Below, piece by piece: positions 34,777-47,353 of a stretch of DNA of 64,000 bases (position 1 is the stretch's first letter; each line of letters begins with the position of its first letter). The position numbers were made by a program, and so were the translations under genes. Below the pieces are notes generated by a model that saw nothing but the letters and a program-made list of their open reading frames with translations, was not told the origin of the DNA and ran no database searches. This stretch comes from an uncultured Gemmatimonadales bacterium (GTDB lineage: Bacteria > Gemmatimonadota > Gemmatimonadetes > Gemmatimonadales > JACORV01). The stretch is taken from the NCBI GenBank assembly GCA_963806755.1, contig CAWDZR010000016.1, forward strand, positions 247,249 to 311,248. Reading direction: 5' to 3'.

Positions 34777-35325
34777 CTACTTGGTCGCTCCCGCACCCGT
34801 CTTGCCGGCCTTGCGCCGGACGTGCTCGCCGGTGTAGCGGATCCCCTTGCCCTTGTAGGGCTCGGGGGGGCGCACCGCGCGGATCTCCGCGGCCACCCGG
34901 CCCACCAGCTCCTTGTCGCTGCCCGCCACCTTCACCACCGTCGGCTGGTCGGCCGTGATCTTGATTCCGGCCGGCGCCTTGAACTCCACGTTGTGGGAGT
35001 ACCCCACGATCAGGTTCACGCCGTACGGCTTCGTTTCGGCGCGGTAGCCGACGCCCACGATGTCCAGCGTCTTCTCGTACCCCTTGGTCACGCCCTCGAC
35101 CATGTTCGCGACCAAGGTCCGCGACAGGCCGTGGAGCGCCTTGTGCTTGGTCTCGTCGGACGGCCGCGTCACCAGCAGCGTGGCCCCGTCGAGCTGGATC
35201 CCCAGGTCGGCGGGGAGCGTGTGGTGCAGCTCGCCCTTGGGCCCCTTGATCGAGACGACCTGCCCGGCCACCGAGGCGGTCACGCCCTTGGGGATCGGGA
35301 TCGGCCGCTTGCCGATGCGGGACAT
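34777..35325 (-). CDS. rplF: 50S ribosomal protein L6
   Basis: ORF 34777..35325. MSRIGKRPIPIPKGV is present and the two-domain L6 pattern fits. Confidence 0.95.
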   Translation of the reverse strand: MSRIGKRPIPIPKGVTASVAGQVVSIKGPKGELHHTLPADLGIQLDGATLLVTRPSDETKHKALHGLSRTLVANMVEGVTKGYEKTLDIVGVGYRAETKPYGVNLIVGYSHNVEFKAPAGIKITADQPTVVKVAGSDKELVGRVAAEIRAVRPPEPYKGKGIRYTGEHVRRKAGKTGAGATK

Positions 35326-35335
35326 GCGCGCCTCC

Positions 35336-35734
35336 CTACCAGACGACGGCGAGCAGCTCGCCGCCGAGGTGCGCCGTCCGGGCGTCGCGGTCGCTCATCA
35401 ACCCGCGCGGGGTCGAGAGGATCGCCATGCCCAGGCCGTTGCGGACGCGCGGGATCTGCCGCACCCCGACGTAGCGCCGCAGCCCGGGCGCCGACACGCG
35501 CTTGAGCTCGCGGATCACCGGCTCGTCGCCGTCGTGGTACTTCAGGTACAGCCGCAGCACGCCGTGCCGGCCGTCGTCCAGGAGGTTGAAGTCCTGGATG
35601 TAGTGATTGTCGCGGAGCAGCCGCGCGATCTCCACCTTCAGCTTGGAGACCGGCACGTCCACCCGGCGATGCCTGGCCAGGCACGCGTTGCGGATGCGCG
35701 TCAGCATGTCGGCCACGGGATCGGTCATGCTCAT
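35336..35734 (-). CDS. rpsH: 30S ribosomal protein S8
   Basis: ORF 35336..35734. [24 protein letters not shown] is present. Confidence 0.95.
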   Translation of the reverse strand: MSMTDPVADMLTRIRNACLARHRRVDVPVSKLKVEIARLLRDNHYIQDFNLLDDGRHGVLRLYLKYHDGDEPVIRELKRVSAPGLRRYVGVRQIPRVRNGLGMAILSTPRGLMSDRDARTAHLGGELLAVVW

Positions 35735-35776
35735 AGGTTCGCTCGACTCCTCTTCACCGGTCGGTCCGATCCAGGC

Positions 35777-35962
35777 TCACCAGCTGCTCTTGCGAACGCC
35801 CGGGATCTCGCCCCGCAGGGCCAGGTCCCGGAAGCAGATGCGGCACAGGCCGAACTTGCGCAGGGTCGCCCGCGAGCGCCCGCACCGCTGACAGCGGTGG
35901 TAGGCGCGGGTCTTGAACTTCGGCACCCGCTTGACCTTCTCGGTCCAGCACTTCTTCGCCAT
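35777..35962 (-). CDS. rpsN: 30S ribosomal protein S14, short zinc-binding type (type Z)
   Basis: ORF 35777..35962, 61 aa. [20 protein letters not shown] carries the CxxC..CxxC motif. Confidence 0.93.
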   Translation of the reverse strand: MAKKCWTEKVKRVPKFKTRAYHRCQRCGRSRATLRKFGLCRICFRDLALRGEIPGVRKSSW

Positions 35963-35980
35963 CGGCTCCCTCGCCTCGGA

Positions 35981-36700
35981 TCAGGCCACGTCCACCGGCT
36001 GCTCGCCCTGGAACGGCACGCCCAGCTCCTTCAGGAGCGCCATCGCCACGTCGTCGCGTCCGGCGTCGGTCACGATCGTGATGTCCATCCCGTGGATCCG
36101 CTCGACCTTGTCGAAGTCGATCTCCGGGAAGATCATCTGTTCCTTGATGCCGAGGGTGTAGTTCCCCCGGCCGTCGAAGCTCTTGCTCGGCAGCCCGCGG
36201 AAGTCGCGGATCCGCGGCACCGCGATGGTGATGAAGCGGTCGAGGAACTCCCACATCCGCGCGCCGCGCAGCGTCACGCTGGCGCCGATGGGCATCCCCG
36301 CCCGGAGCCCGAAGTTCGAGATCGCCTTCTTGGCCCGCGTCACCATCGCCTTCTGGCCGGTGATCGCCCCCATCTCCGCCACGATGGCCTCGAGCGCCTT
36401 GGGGGCCTTCGGCGCCTCCCCGAGGCCGACGTTGAGGACCACCTTCACCACCCGCGGGATCTGGTGCGGGTTGGTGAAGCCGAAGGCGCGCGCCAAGGCC
36501 GGCCGCACGCGCTCGGTGTACACGATCCCCAGCCGCGCCGGCGGCGCCGGCTCGTACACGACGGGCGGGCCCTTCGGCTCGGCCGGGTGCTCCGCGTCCT
36601 TGCCCTTGCCGCCCCCCTTGCCGCCCTTCTGCTCCTTCGGGGGCCTGGGAGGCTTCGCGGCCCTGGGCTCCGCCGTCTCCTGCTTGGTCTCGTCCGCCAT
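35981..36700 (-). CDS. rplE: 50S ribosomal protein L5 with about 55-aa K/P/G-rich N-terminal extension
   Basis: ORF 35981..36700. The core is [43 protein letters not shown] 36700 lies 5 nt after the rplX stop, so the extension is probably translated. Confidence 0.88.
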   Translation of the reverse strand: MADETKQETAEPRAAKPPRPPKEQKGGKGGGKGKDAEHPAEPKGPPVVYEPAPPARLGIVYTERVRPALARAFGFTNPHQIPRVVKVVLNVGLGEAPKAPKALEAIVAEMGAITGQKAMVTRAKKAISNFGLRAGMPIGASVTLRGARMWEFLDRFITIAVPRIRDFRGLPSKSFDGRGNYTLGIKEQMIFPEIDFDKVERIHGMDITIVTDAGRDDVAMALLKELGVPFQGEQPVDVA

Positions 36701-36705
36701 GGTCC

Positions 36706-37095
36706 TTACCGGTTCCGCGGGATCGGTTGACCGGAGCGCACGGCCACGCGCTCCACCGTCCCGTCCTGGTCCACCCGCCGCCGCACGCGGGTGGGACGGT
36801 CGTCCTTGGGATCGATGAGCATCACTTTGGACGCGGCGATGGGGCCGGGGAACTCCACGATCTGGCTCTCCTCCCCCTCCTGCCGCGCGCGGCGGTGGCG
36901 CTTGAGGATGTTGATCCCCTCCACCACCACCCGCCCCTTGGCGGGCAGGGCGCGCAGCACCTTGCCGCGCTTGCCCTTGTCCTCGCCCGAGATCACCACC
37001 ACCAGGTCGCCCTTGGTGATGTGCATCCGGACCCGCGCCCGCGGCGTGCCCTTGCCCTTGGCGCGCTCCCGCTTCCGATAGACCAGCCGCCGCAT
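36706..37095 (-). CDS. rplX: 50S ribosomal protein L24 (start 37095, or ATG 37026 giving the canonical MHITKGD N-terminus)
   Basis: ORF 36706..37095. [24 protein letters not shown] (KOW motif) is present. Confidence 0.88.
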   Translation of the reverse strand: MRRLVYRKRERAKGKGTPRARVRMHITKGDLVVVISGEDKGKRGKVLRALPAKGRVVVEGINILKRHRRARQEGEESQIVEFPGPIAASKVMLIDPKDDRPTRVRRRVDQDGTVERVAVRSGQPIPRNR

Positions 37096-37096
37096 G

Positions 37097-37465
37097 CTAC
37101 AAGACCTCCGGCGCGAGGCTCACGATCTTCATGAACCGCTTCTCGCGCAGCTCGCGGCCCACCGGCCCGAAGATGCGGGTCGCGCGGGGCTCGCCCTGCT
37201 CGTCGATGATGACGGCGGCGTTCTCGTCGAAGCGGATGTAGCTCCCGTCCTTGCGCCGCGTCTCCTTGGCGGTGCGCACCACCACGGCGCGCGCCACCTC
37301 CCCCTTCTTGACCGTGCCCGTGGGCAGGGCGTCCTTGATGGCGACGATCACGACGTCGCCCAGCCCCGCGTAGCGGCGCTTCGAGCCGCCGAGCACGCGG
37401 ATCACCAGCGCCCGCTTCGCGCCCGAGTTGTCAGCGATCCTGACGATCGTTTCCTGCTGAACCAC
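37097..37465 (-). CDS. rplN: 50S ribosomal protein L14
   Basis: ORF 37097..37465. [25 protein letters not shown] is present. Confidence 0.96.
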   Translation of the reverse strand: MVQQETIVRIADNSGAKRALVIRVLGGSKRRYAGLGDVVIVAIKDALPTGTVKKGEVARAVVVRTAKETRRKDGSYIRFDENAAVIIDEQGEPRATRIFGPVGRELREKRFMKIVSLAPEVL

Positions 37466-37476
37466 GGCCGCCTCCC

Positions 37477-37758
37477 CTACTTCGCCCGCTCGACGATCGC
37501 GATCACCCGCCAGCGCTTGGTCTTCGACAGCGGCCGCGTCTCGGTGATCCGCACCACGTCCCCGACGTGCGCCTCGTTGCGCTCGTCATGCGCCACCACG
37601 CGGCTCGTGCGCGTCGCCTGCTTGCCGTACAGCCCGTGGGTCACCCGGCGCGTCAGCGTCACGACGACCGACTTGTGCATCTTGTCGCTCACCACCGTGC
37701 CCGTCCGCGTCTTGCGCTGCCCGCGCTGCACCGGCGCCTGCTGCTGCTCGCTCGTCAT
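37477..37758 (-). CDS. rpsQ: 30S ribosomal protein S17
   Basis: ORF 37477..37758. [43 protein letters not shown] is present. Confidence 0.94.
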   Translation of the reverse strand: MTSEQQQAPVQRGQRKTRTGTVVSDKMHKSVVVTLTRRVTHGLYGKQATRTSRVVAHDERNEAHVGDVVRITETRPLSKTKRWRVIAIVERAK

Positions 37759-37970
37759 GGCTTCACCTTGGCCGCGCGCTCCGCCAGCACCGTCTTCAGC
37801 CGGGCCACCGTGCGCCGCGCCGTCCTGAGGTCCATCGGGTTGTTCAGCACTTCGGTCGCCGCCTTGAACCGCAGGCCGAACGATTCCTTCTCGTACTCGG
37901 CCAGCTTCGCCTTGAGCTCCGCGTCGGTCAGCTCGCGGATCCGCACGGACGTCAGGTTCTCGAGCGCCAC
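37755..37970 (-). CDS. rpmC: 50S ribosomal protein L29
   Basis: ORF 37755..37970. [25 protein letters not shown] is present. Confidence 0.92.
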   Translation of the reverse strand: MALENLTSVRIRELTDAELKAKLAEYEKESFGLRFKAATEVLNNPMDLRTARRTVARLKTVLAERAAKVKP

Positions 37971-37974
37971 CGGG

Positions 37975-38385
37975 CTACTCCTCCCGCAGCACGAAGCGGG
38001 ACTTGATCGGCAGCTTGGCCGAAGCCAGCGCCAGGCTCTGGCGCGCCATGTCCTCCGGCACGCCTTCGATCTCGAACATCATCCGCCCGATCTTCACCGG
38101 GCACACCCAGCCTTCGGGGTTCCCCTTGCCCTTCCCCATCCGCGTCTCGGCCGGCTTCTTGGTGATCGGCTTGTCCGGGAACAGCCGGATCCACAGCTTC
38201 CCGCCGCGCTTCATGTGGCGCGTCATCGCCACGCGCGCCGCCTCGATCTGCCGGTTGGTGACCCACCCGGCCTCGAGGGCCTGCAGCCCGAAGTGGCCGA
38301 ACGCCACCGTCTGGCCGCGCGTGGCCACGCCGCGCATGCGGCCTTTCATCTGCTTGCGGAACTTGACCCGCTTGGGCGCCAGCAT
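37975..38385 (-). CDS. rplP: 50S ribosomal protein L16
   Basis: ORF 37975..38385. [26 protein letters not shown] is present. Confidence 0.96.
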   Translation of the reverse strand: MLAPKRVKFRKQMKGRMRGVATRGQTVAFGHFGLQALEAGWVTNRQIEAARVAMTRHMKRGGKLWIRLFPDKPITKKPAETRMGKGKGNPEGWVCPVKIGRMMFEIEGVPEDMARQSLALASAKLPIKSRFVLREE

Positions 38386-38387
38386 GC

Positions 38388-39047
38388 TCAGGCCCCCGTG
38401 CTGTAGGTGCGGCCGCGGGCGTCCTCGACGACCTCACCCTTGAAGATCCACGTCTTGACGCCGATGGTGCCGAAGGTGGTCTTGGCCGTCGCGGTGGCGT
38501 AGTCCACGTCGGCCCGCAGCGTGTGCAGCGGCACCCGTCCCTCGTGGTAGCCCTCCACCCGCGCGATCTCCGCGCCGCCCAGCCGCCCGCCGCACTTGAT
38601 CTTGATCCCCTGCGCCCCCATCCGCATCGCGGACTGCACCGCCCGCTTCATCGCCCGCCGGAACGAAATGCGCTGCGCCAGCTGGTGCGCCACGTTGTCG
38701 GCCACCAGCTGCGCGTCCAGCTCGGGGCGCTTGATCTCCTCGACGTTGATCCCCACTTCCTTCGAGGTCAGCTGCGCCAGCTCGTCGCGGAGCTTGTCCA
38801 CCTCCGCGCCGCGCTTGCCGATCACCACGCCCGGCCGGCCCGTGTGCACCGTCACCAGCACCTTGCCCGGCTTGCGCTCGATGTGCACGTCGCTGATCGC
38901 GGCGTGCTGCAGCCGCGTCTTCAGGTAGGTGCGGATCAGCTCGTCTTCCTTGAGCAGGGCCGGAAAGTCGCGGTTCGCGAACCACCGCGAGCGCCACGGC
39001 TTGACGATGCCGAGCCGGAACCCATGGGGATGTACTTTCTGTCCCAC
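38388..39047 (-). CDS. rpsC: 30S ribosomal protein S3
   Basis: ORF 38388..39047. [24 protein letters not shown] is present. Confidence 0.96.
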   Translation of the reverse strand: MGQKVHPHGFRLGIVKPWRSRWFANRDFPALLKEDELIRTYLKTRLQHAAISDVHIERKPGKVLVTVHTGRPGVVIGKRGAEVDKLRDELAQLTSKEVGINVEEIKRPELDAQLVADNVAHQLAQRISFRRAMKRAVQSAMRMGAQGIKIKCGGRLGGAEIARVEGYHEGRVPLHTLRADVDYATATAKTTFGTIGVKTWIFKGEVVEDARGRTYSTGA

Positions 39048-39049
39048 CG

Positions 39050-39406
39050 CTAACGCTCCTTGGTCGCCACGAGAATGGTGACGTGGCTGGTGCGCTTGTG
39101 CAGGGGCGTCGCCCGCCCCATCGCCGCCGGCTGGAACCGCTTCAGGGTCGGCCCCTCGTCCACCGTGGCCGTCTTGACGAACAGCTCGTCCTCGTCGAGC
39201 CGCTCCGCGGCCCGCTCCGCCTTGACGCGCGCGTTCGCCACCGCCGACAGCAGCACCTTCCGGACCGGCACCGCCGCGCCCTTCTTGCTGAACTTGAGCA
39301 GCGAGAACGCCTCGCCCACCGGCCGCCCGCGGATCATGTCCACCACCAGCCGGACCTTGCGCGCCGACTGCCGCAGCGTCCGCTGCACCGCCCGGGCCTC
39401 GGTCAC
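39050..39406 (-). CDS. rplV: 50S ribosomal protein L22
   Basis: In-frame 3' part of ORF 39050..40642. GTG 39406 overlaps the rpsS stop (GTGA). [47 protein letters not shown] is present. Confidence 0.92.
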   Translation of the reverse strand: MTEARAVQRTLRQSARKVRLVVDMIRGRPVGEAFSLLKFSKKGAAVPVRKVLLSAVANARVKAERAAERLDEDELFVKTATVDEGPTLKRFQPAAMGRATPLHKRTSHVTILVATKER

Positions 39407-39738
39407 GGCTTGGCCGCCGGGGCCGGCGCCGGCGCGGCGCCGCCTTCCGCCTCCAGCTTGGCCTTCTTGTCGGCCGACATCTTGCCGCTGTGCCCGCGGA
39501 ACAGCCGGGTCGGCGCGAACTCGCCGAGCTTGTGGCCGACCATGTTCTCGCTCACGTACACCGGCACGAACTTGTTGCCGTTGTGCACGGCCAGCGTGTG
39601 CCCCACGAAGTCGGGCGTCACCGTGGACGCGCGCGACCAGGTCTTGAGCACCCGCTTCTCGTTCTTGGTGTTCAGGTCGTGGATCCGCATGAGCAGCCGC
39701 GCGTCCACGAACGGGCCCTTCTTGACGCTCCGGGACAT
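39403..39738 (-). CDS. rpsS: 30S ribosomal protein S19 (A/P/K-rich C-terminal tail)
   Basis: ORF 39403..39738. [40 protein letters not shown] is present. Confidence 0.95.
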   Translation of the reverse strand: MSRSVKKGPFVDARLLMRIHDLNTKNEKRVLKTWSRASTVTPDFVGHTLAVHNGNKFVPVYVSENMVGHKLGEFAPTRLFRGHSGKMSADKKAKLEAEGGAAPAPAPAAKP

Positions 39739-40578
39739 TTATCGCGTCGCCTTCCCGCGCTTGTGGCCGCGGATGATGAGTTTGGTGCTCGCCTTCTTCT
39801 TGTGCCGCGTCTTCACGCCTTCCGGCTTGCCCCACGGGCTCACCGGCGGCCGGCCGCCGCTCGACTTGCCCTCGCCGCCGCCCAGCGGGTGGTCCACGGG
39901 GTTCTTCGCCACGCCGCGCACCTTGGAGCGCCGGCCCAGCCACCGGGACTTCCCCGCCTTGCCGATGCTCTCCAGCTCGTGCTCGACGTTGCCGACCTGG
40001 CCGATGGTGGCGAGGCAGGTGCCGCGCACCAGCCGCACCTCGCCGCTCATCATCTTGAGGGTGACCATGTCGCCCTCCTTGGCCACCACCTGGACGCCGG
40101 CGCCGGCCGACCGCGCCATCTGGCCGCCGCGGCCCGGCTTCAGCTCGACGTTGTGCACCGTGGTGCCCAGCGGGATCTCCGCCAGCGGCACCGCGTTGCC
40201 CAGCCGGATGTCGGCGCCCGGTCCCGAGGTGACCGCGTCGCCCACCGCCAGCCCGCGCGGGTGCAGGATGTAGCGCTTCTCCCCGTCCACGTACTGGATC
40301 AGCGCCAGCCGCGCCGAGCGGTTCGGGTCGTACTCGATCGCCGCCACCTTCCCCGCGATCCCGAACTTGTTGCGGCGGAAGTCCACGCGCCGGTACATCT
40401 GCTTGTGCCCGCCGCCCTTGTAGCGGGTGGTGACGTGGCCCTGGTTGTTGCGGCCGCCCTGCGAGCGCAGCGGCTCCAGCAGCGATTCCTCCGGCGCCTT
40501 CTTCGTGATCTCCGCGAAATCGGAGATGATCCGGAAGCGCGTCCCCGGCGTGACGGGCTTGAACTGGCGGATGCCCAT
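39739..40578 (-). CDS. rplB: 50S ribosomal protein L2
   Basis: ORF 39739..40578. [31 protein letters not shown] is present. Confidence 0.97.
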   Translation of the reverse strand: MGIRQFKPVTPGTRFRIISDFAEITKKAPEESLLEPLRSQGGRNNQGHVTTRYKGGGHKQMYRRVDFRRNKFGIAGKVAAIEYDPNRSARLALIQYVDGEKRYILHPRGLAVGDAVTSGPGADIRLGNAVPLAEIPLGTTVHNVELKPGRGGQMARSAGAGVQVVAKEGDMVTLKMMSGEVRLVRGTCLATIGQVGNVEHELESIGKAGKSRWLGRRSKVRGVAKNPVDHPLGGGEGKSSGGRPPVSPWGKPEGVKTRHKKKASTKLIIRGHKRGKATR

Positions 40579-40581
40579 GCC

Positions 40582-40881
40582 TCAGCCCTCGAAGATCGGA
40601 ATGGCGTCGCCCTCTTTCAGGACGACGACCGCCTTCTTCCACTTGGCTCGGCGACCCTGCCGGCCCCGGCCCAGCCCGCCCGCCCGCCGCTCCTTGGCGC
40701 GCATCTGCATGGTGCGCACGTCCTTCACGGTGACGGCGAACAGGTGCTCGATGGCGTCGCGGATCTCCGGCTTGGTGGCGTGCACGTCCACCCGGAAGGT
40801 GTAGATCTTCCGGCTCTCGTACATCGCGGACGACTTCTCCGTCACCAGCGGCTTGAGCACCGCGCGGTACAGTCCCGGCAT
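40582..40881 (-). CDS. rplW: 50S ribosomal protein L23
   Basis: ORF 40582..40881. LKPLVTEKSS..YTFRVDVHATKPEIRDAIE is present. Confidence 0.93.
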   Translation of the reverse strand: MPGLYRAVLKPLVTEKSSAMYESRKIYTFRVDVHATKPEIRDAIEHLFAVTVKDVRTMQMRAKERRAGGLGRGRQGRRAKWKKAVVVLKEGDAIPIFEG

Positions 40882-40884
40882 CGC

Positions 40885-41883
40885 CTACTCCTTCTTCCCC
40901 GGCTTCTTGCCGGACTTGCCCTTCTTCGCCCCCTTGGCCGGCTCCTTCGCCGCGTCCTTCTTCGCGGCCGGCGCGGCGGGCGCACCGTGCGCCCCGGGCT
41001 TCTTGGCCGCGGGCTTCTTCGCGGCCTCGTGCCTGGCCGGCGCCTCGTGCTTCGCCGGCTTCGCCGCGGCCTCGTGCCTGGCGGGCGCGGCGCTCCGGGC
41101 CGGCGGCGCCTTCTTCTCCGCCGCGGGCTTCTTCGCCGGCGCGGCCTTCTTCGCGGCCTTGGGCGCCGGGGCCTTAACCGGCTCGCGCGGCGGCCTGGGC
41201 GCGCGCGGCGCCTTCGCGGCCGGCGGCGGCGGCGCGATGGTGCTCGCCTCGACGCCCGGCTCCAGCGTGCCCAGCGCCGGCTCCTCGATCACCAGCGCGT
41301 CGGCGCGCAGGATGTCGTAGGCCGACGCGTCGGCGTAACGCATCACCGACACGTCCTGGAGGTTGCGCGCCGAGAGGAGCAGGTTCTGGTTGACGGCCTC
41401 CGTCAGCACCAGCACCCGGCGGTTCTCGATCCCCAGCCGGCCGAGCAGCTCGGCGACCCGGCGGGTCTTGGGCTCCTCGAACGTCAGGGGTGCGATGACG
41501 CTGATGGCGCGCTCGCGGGCCCGCGCGTTGAGCGCGGAGCGGCGGGCGAGCCGCCGCACCTTGCGGGGGATGCCGCGGCGGTAGTCGCGCGGCAGCGGCC
41601 CGAACATCGTGCCGCCGCCCGGCCACAGCGGCGAGCGGGTCGAGCCCTGCCGGGCGCGGCCGGTGCCCTTCTGCCGCCACGGCTTCTGGTTGCCGCCGGT
41701 GACGAAGCTGCGGGTCTTGGTCTGCGCCGTGCCCTGCCGCTGGTTGGCGAGGTAGGTGGTCACCGCCTGATGCAGCACCGCCTCGTGCACGGTCCCGTCG
41801 AACGGATCGGCGGGGAGGCGGACCGCCCGCGGCCGCCGCGTGCCGTCGGCCGCGTACGCGAGGACTTCGAGGGCTTCGCTCAC
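40885..41883 (-). CDS. rplD: 50S ribosomal protein L4 with about 124-aa A/K/P-rich C-terminal extension
   Basis: In-frame part of ORF 40885..42411. GTG 41883 overlaps the rplC stop (GTGA). The core is [36 protein letters not shown]. The tail is ..[49 protein letters not shown]. Confidence 0.9.
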   Translation of the reverse strand: MSEALEVLAYAADGTRRPRAVRLPADPFDGTVHEAVLHQAVTTYLANQRQGTAQTKTRSFVTGGNQKPWRQKGTGRARQGSTRSPLWPGGGTMFGPLPRDYRRGIPRKVRRLARRSALNARARERAISVIAPLTFEEPKTRRVAELLGRLGIENRRVLVLTEAVNQNLLLSARNLQDVSVMRYADASAYDILRADALVIEEPALGTLEPGVEASTIAPPPPAAKAPRAPRPPREPVKAPAPKAAKKAAPAKKPAAEKKAPPARSAAPARHEAAAKPAKHEAPARHEAAKKPAAKKPGAHGAPAAPAAKKDAAKEPAKGAKKGKSGKKPGKKE

Positions 41884-42503
41884 GCGCCCGCCTTCGACAC
41901 GGTCACCAGGCCGCGCATCGGGCCCGGCACCGCGCCCCGCACGTACAGCAGGTTCTTGTCGCCGTCCACCTTGGCCACCAGCAGGTTGATCACCGTGCTC
42001 CGCTCGGCCCCCATGTGCCCCGGCATCCGCTTCCCCTTGATGACGCGCGAGGGATCCGTCCCCGGGCCGACCGAGCCGGGCTTGCGGAACCGCGTGTTGC
42101 CGTGGCTGGCCGGCCCGCCGCCGAAGTGGTGGCGGTGGACCACGCCCTGGAAGCCGCGCCCCTTGGAGATGCCGGTCACCTTGACCCGCTCGCCGGCGGC
42201 GAACGCGGCCACCGTGACGATGGCGCCCCGCTCCGGCGTCTCCCCGCGCGCGGCGAACTCGCGCAGCACCTGCGGCGCCGCCTCGAGTCCGGCCTTGGCG
42301 GCGTGGCCGCGCTCGGCCTTGGTCGAGCGCTTCGCCTTCGCGACGCCGAAGCCGAGCTGCACCCGCGCCGGCAACCCCTCGCCCCCCGATCGCACCTGCA
42401 CGACCGGGCACGGGCCCGCCTCGATCACCGTCACCGGCGTCGCGGTCCCGTCCTCGCCGAACAACTGCGTCATGCCCAGTTTACGCCCGATGATCGCGTC
42501 CAT
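41880..42503 (-). CDS. rplC: 50S ribosomal protein L3
   Basis: ORF 41880..42503. [28 protein letters not shown] is present. Confidence 0.96.
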   Translation of the reverse strand: MDAIIGRKLGMTQLFGEDGTATPVTVIEAGPCPVVQVRSGGEGLPARVQLGFGVAKAKRSTKAERGHAAKAGLEAAPQVLREFAARGETPERGAIVTVAAFAAGERVKVTGISKGRGFQGVVHRHHFGGGPASHGNTRFRKPGSVGPGTDPSRVIKGKRMPGHMGAERSTVINLLVAKVDGDKNLLYVRGAVPGPMRGLVTVSKAGA

Positions 42504-42505
42504 CG

Positions 42506-42820
42506 CTACTCCACCTTGATCTCCACGTCCACGCCGGCCGGCAGATCGAGCTTGGTGAGAGCGTCCACCGTCTGCGGCCGCGAGTCGAGGATGTCTATCA
42601 GCCGCTTGTGCGTCTTCAGCTCGAACTGCTCGCGGCTCTTCTTGTCCACGTGCGGGCTCCGGAGCACGGTCCAGCGCTGCGTCTTGGTCGGCAGCGGGAT
42701 CGGCCCCGAGACCTGGGCGCCCGTCTTTTCGGCGGTGCGCACGATGTCCGCCGAGGCCTGGTCGATCACGGCGTGATCGAAGGCTTTGAGGCGGATGCGG
42801 ATGCGGCCGGCCTTCGCCAT
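42506..42820 (-). CDS. rpsJ: 30S ribosomal protein S10
   Basis: ORF 42506..42820. [30 protein letters not shown] is present. Confidence 0.97.
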   Translation of the reverse strand: MAKAGRIRIRLKAFDHAVIDQASADIVRTAEKTGAQVSGPIPLPTKTQRWTVLRSPHVDKKSREQFELKTHKRLIDILDSRPQTVDALTKLDLPAGVDVEIKVE

Positions 42821-42822
42821 GC

Positions 42823-44031
<1,209 letters not shown>

Positions 44032-44036
44032 GGCAG

Positions 44037-46133
44037 TTAACCCTTCATCTTGGTGATGATTTCGTCCGCCTTCGACTTGGGGACTTCCTCGTAATGCGAG
44101 AACTGCATCGAGTACACGGCCCGCCCCTGGCTCATCGAGCGCAGGGTGGTCGAGTAGCCGAACATCTCCGCCAGCGGCACCGAGGCGCCGATGACGTGCG
44201 CGTCGGCGCGCTGCGTCATCCCCCCGATCCGGCCGCGGCGGCTGGAGAGGTCGCCCATCACGTCGCCCAGGTACTCCGCGGGCACCACGACCTCGACGTC
44301 CATCACCGGCTCGAGGAGCACGGGCTTGGCCTGGCGCGCGGCCTCCTTGAACGCCATCGAGCCCGCGATCTTGAACGCCATTTCGCTCGAGTCCACGTCG
44401 TGATAGGAGCCGTCCACCAGCTCCACCTTCACGTCCACCACCGGGTAGCCGGCCAGCACGCCGTTCTCGAGCGCCTCGGCGATGCCCTGCTCCACGGGCC
44501 GGATGAACTCCCGCGGGATCACGCCGCCCACGATCTTGTCCTCGAACACGAACCCGGCGCCCTTCTCGGAGGGCTCGAGGTTGATCACCACGTGCCCGTA
44601 CTGGCCGTGGCCACCCGTCTGCCGCACGAACCGCCCCTCGACGTCCGTGACGCGGTGGCGGATCGTCTCGCGGTAGGCCACCTGTGGCCGGCCGACGTTG
44701 GCGTCCACCTTGAACTCCCGCTTCATCCGGTCCACGATGATCTCGAGGTGCAGCTCGCCCATCCCCGAGATGATGGTCTGGGCCGTGTCGTGGTCCACGT
44801 GGACCCGGAACGTCGGGTCCTCCTCGGCCAGCTTCTGCAGCGCGGTGCCGAGCTTGTCCTGGTCCGCCTTGGTCTTGGGCTCGATGGCGACGTCGATCAC
44901 CGGCTCGGGGAAGCGCATCGCCTCGAGGATGATCGGCTCGTCCTCGATGCACAGCGTGTCGCCGGTCTTGGTGTCGCGGAGCCCGATCACCGCGGCGATG
45001 TCGCCGGCGCGGACTTCCTCGATCTCCTCGCGCTTGTTGGCGTGCATCTGCAGCAGCCGCCCCACCCGCTCCTTCCGGTCCCGCACCGGGTTGTAGACGT
45101 ACGACCCGGACTCCAGGACGCCGGAGTAGACGCGGATGAAGGTCAGCTTCCCGACGAACGGGTCGGTCATGATCTTGAACGCCAGCGACGCGAACGGCGC
45201 GTCGTCCTTCGCGTCGCGGCAGGCGTGCGTCTCGCTGTGGTGCTGGAGGTGCCCCTGCACCGGCGGGATGTCCACCGGGCTGGGGAGGTAGTCCACCATG
45301 CCGTCCAGGAGCGGCTGGACGCCCTTGTTCTTGGCGGCCGCGCCGCAGAAGATCGGCACCAGGCCGTGGCCGATCGTCGCCTTGCGGATCGCCCGGCGCA
45401 CCTCGGCCTCGGTCAGGTCGTGCTGCCCCAGGTACTTCTCGAGCAGCTCGTCGTCCGACTCGACGGCGGCCTCGATCAGCTCGTGGCGCAGCTGCTCCAC
45501 CCGCTCCTTCATCGAGGCCGGCACCGGGCCCTCGACGTACTGCTGGCCCAGCGACGCCTCGTCGTACACGATCTCGACGCGCCGCACCACGTCCACGAGG
45601 CCCGTGTACAGGTCGCCGGAGCCGAGCGGGATCTGCACCGGGTGGGCCTTGGCCCCGAGCCGCTGGCGGATCTCCGCCACGACGTTGTCGAAGTCGGCGC
45701 CGGTGCGGTCCATCTTGTTCACGAAGGCGATGCGCGGCACGCGGTACTTGTCCGCCTGGCGCCACACCGTCTCCGACTGCGGCTCGACGCCGCCCACGGC
45801 GCAGAACACCGCGATCGCGCCGTCCAGCACGCGCAGCGACCGCTCCACCTCGACGGTGAAGTCCACGTGGCCCGGCGTGTCGATGATGTTGACCTGGTAG
45901 AGCTCGCCGTCGCGCTTCCACTCGGTGGTGGTGGCCGCCGAGGTGATGGTGATGCCCCGCTCCTGCTCCTGCTCCATCCAGTCCATCGTGGCCGTACCTT
46001 CGTCCACCTCACCCAGCTTGTAGGTGCGGCCCGTGTAATAGAGGATGCGCTCGGTCGTGGTCGTCTTCCCGGCATCGATGTGCGCCATGATGCCGATGTT
46101 CCGCACGCGGTCGAGTGGTGTGTTGCGCGCCAT
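44037..46133 (-). CDS. fusA: Elongation factor G
   Basis: In-frame part of ORF 44037..46181 from ATG 46133. [39 protein letters not shown] and NKMDR are present. Confidence 0.98.
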   Translation of the reverse strand: MARNTPLDRVRNIGIMAHIDAGKTTTTERILYYTGRTYKLGEVDEGTATMDWMEQEQERGITITSAATTTEWKRDGELYQVNIIDTPGHVDFTVEVERSLRVLDGAIAVFCAVGGVEPQSETVWRQADKYRVPRIAFVNKMDRTGADFDNVVAEIRQRLGAKAHPVQIPLGSGDLYTGLVDVVRRVEIVYDEASLGQQYVEGPVPASMKERVEQLRHELIEAAVESDDELLEKYLGQHDLTEAEVRRAIRKATIGHGLVPIFCGAAAKNKGVQPLLDGMVDYLPSPVDIPPVQGHLQHHSETHACRDAKDDAPFASLAFKIMTDPFVGKLTFIRVYSGVLESGSYVYNPVRDRKERVGRLLQMHANKREEIEEVRAGDIAAVIGLRDTKTGDTLCIEDEPIILEAMRFPEPVIDVAIEPKTKADQDKLGTALQKLAEEDPTFRVHVDHDTAQTIISGMGELHLEIIVDRMKREFKVDANVGRPQVAYRETIRHRVTDVEGRFVRQTGGHGQYGHVVINLEPSEKGAGFVFEDKIVGGVIPREFIRPVEQGIAEALENGVLAGYPVVDVKVELVDGSYHDVDSSEMAFKIAGSMAFKEAARQAKPVLLEPVMDVEVVVPAEYLGDVMGDLSSRRGRIGGMTQRADAHVIGASVPLAEMFGYSTTLRSMSQGRAVYSMQFSHYEEVPKSKADEIITKMKG

Positions 46134-46269
46134 ACGCTCCCGATGCTGGTCAAGAAAAACGCGGGGCGACCGTCCGCGCACGCGTGCGCAGGTCTCGCTC
46201 CGCCGTCGTCCGAACGTTCCGGACGGAGGCCGCTTGCGGCAGCGGCCCTATCTTGTTCGCGCTAAGGGT

Positions 46270-46740
46270 TTACCACCGGTAATGGGCGAACGCCTTGTTG
46301 GCTTCGGCCATCCGGTGGGTGTCTTCCTTCTTCTTGATCGTGTTGCCTTCGCCCTTCGACGCCGACACCAGCTCGTTGGCGAGCCGGTCGGACATCGTTT
46401 TCTCGCCGCGCGCGCGGGTGTAGTCGATCAGCCACCGCATCGCCAGCGCCGTGCGGCGCTCCGGCCGCACCTCCACGGGCACCTGGTACGTCGCGCCGCC
46501 CACCCGCCGGCTCTTCACCTCGACCACCGGCTTGGCGTTGCTCAGCGCCTGCTTGAACACGTTGACGCCCGGCTGCCCGGTGCGCTGCTCGATCAGGTCC
46601 ATGGCGTCGTAGAAGATCGACTCCGCAATGGACTTCTTGCCGCGCCGCATCAGGTTGCAGATGAACTTCGACACCGTCTGGCTGTCGTAGCGCGGGTCCG
46701 CCGGGACCGGGCGCCGTACCATCCGCGGCCGGCGACTCAC
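46270..46740 (-). CDS. rpsG: 30S ribosomal protein S7
   Basis: ORF 46270..46740. [15 protein letters not shown]-like N-terminus, [19 protein letters not shown] and AFAHYRW are present. Confidence 0.96.
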   Translation of the reverse strand: MSRRPRMVRRPVPADPRYDSQTVSKFICNLMRRGKKSIAESIFYDAMDLIEQRTGQPGVNVFKQALSNAKPVVEVKSRRVGGATYQVPVEVRPERRTALAMRWLIDYTRARGEKTMSDRLANELVSASKGEGNTIKKKEDTHRMAEANKAFAHYRW

Positions 46741-47117
46741 TTGGCCGCCTTGGGCGCCTTCGCCCCGTACTTGGACCGGCTCTTCTTGCGCTCGCCCACG
46801 CCCGCCGCGTCCAGCGTCCCGCGGATGATGTGGTAGCGCACGCCCGGCAGGTCCTTCACGCGGCCGCCCCGGATCAGGACGATCGAGTGCTCCTGGAGGT
46901 TGTGGCCTTCGCCGGGGATGTAGGCGGTGACTTCGAAGCCGTTGGTGAGGCGGACCCTGGCGACCTTCCGCAGCGCGGAGTTCGGCTTCTTGGGCGTGGT
47001 CGTGTAGACCCGCGTGCAGACCCCACGCTTCTGCGGGTTGCCCCTGAGCGCAGGCGCCTTCTCCTTCGCTTCCACCGAACGCCGGCCCGCTCGGACCAGC
47101 TGATTGATCGTCGGCAT
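46737..47117 (-). CDS. rpsL: 30S ribosomal protein S12
   Basis: In-frame part of ORF 46737..47156 from ATG 47117. [42 protein letters not shown] is present. Confidence 0.97.
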   Translation of the reverse strand: MPTINQLVRAGRRSVEAKEKAPALRGNPQKRGVCTRVYTTTPKKPNSALRKVARVRLTNGFEVTAYIPGEGHNLQEHSIVLIRGGRVKDLPGVRYHIIRGTLDAAGVGERKKSRSKYGAKAPKAAK

Positions 47118-47174
47118 AGCCCCCAGCACACGCACAAGAATAAACGCGCGGCCCACTTCGGCCGCAGACGGGGA

Positions 47175-47203
47175 AACTTAGCCGCGGCTTGAGAATGGGT
47201 CAA
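47175..47203 (-). promoter_or_regulatory. Sigma70-like promoter of the str operon
   Basis: The minus strand reads TTGACC (47203..47198), a 17-nt spacer, then TAAGTT (47180..47175). It lies about 55 nt upstream of the rpsL ATG. Confidence 0.5.
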
Positions 47204-47299
47204 GGGAGCCGGTTCGGCCGTTTTTCGCCCCGGGCCGCCATCTCCGGGCTGGGCCTGGTCCCGGGCCGGCGGCGGCACGCCGGGCCCGGAACGCGCGAA

Positions 47300-47325
47300 C
47301 CCCCTCCCGGTCGCCCGGGAGGGGG
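47300..47325 (-). terminator. GC hairpin terminating the OmpA-like gene
   Basis: CCCCCTCCCGG (47300-47310), loop TCGC, then CCGGGAGGGGG (47315-47325). This is a perfect 11-bp stem 29 nt after the stop. The U-tract is weak. Confidence 0.55.
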
Positions 47326-47353
47326 CTCGTGCCAGGTCGGTCCGGCCCGGCGG

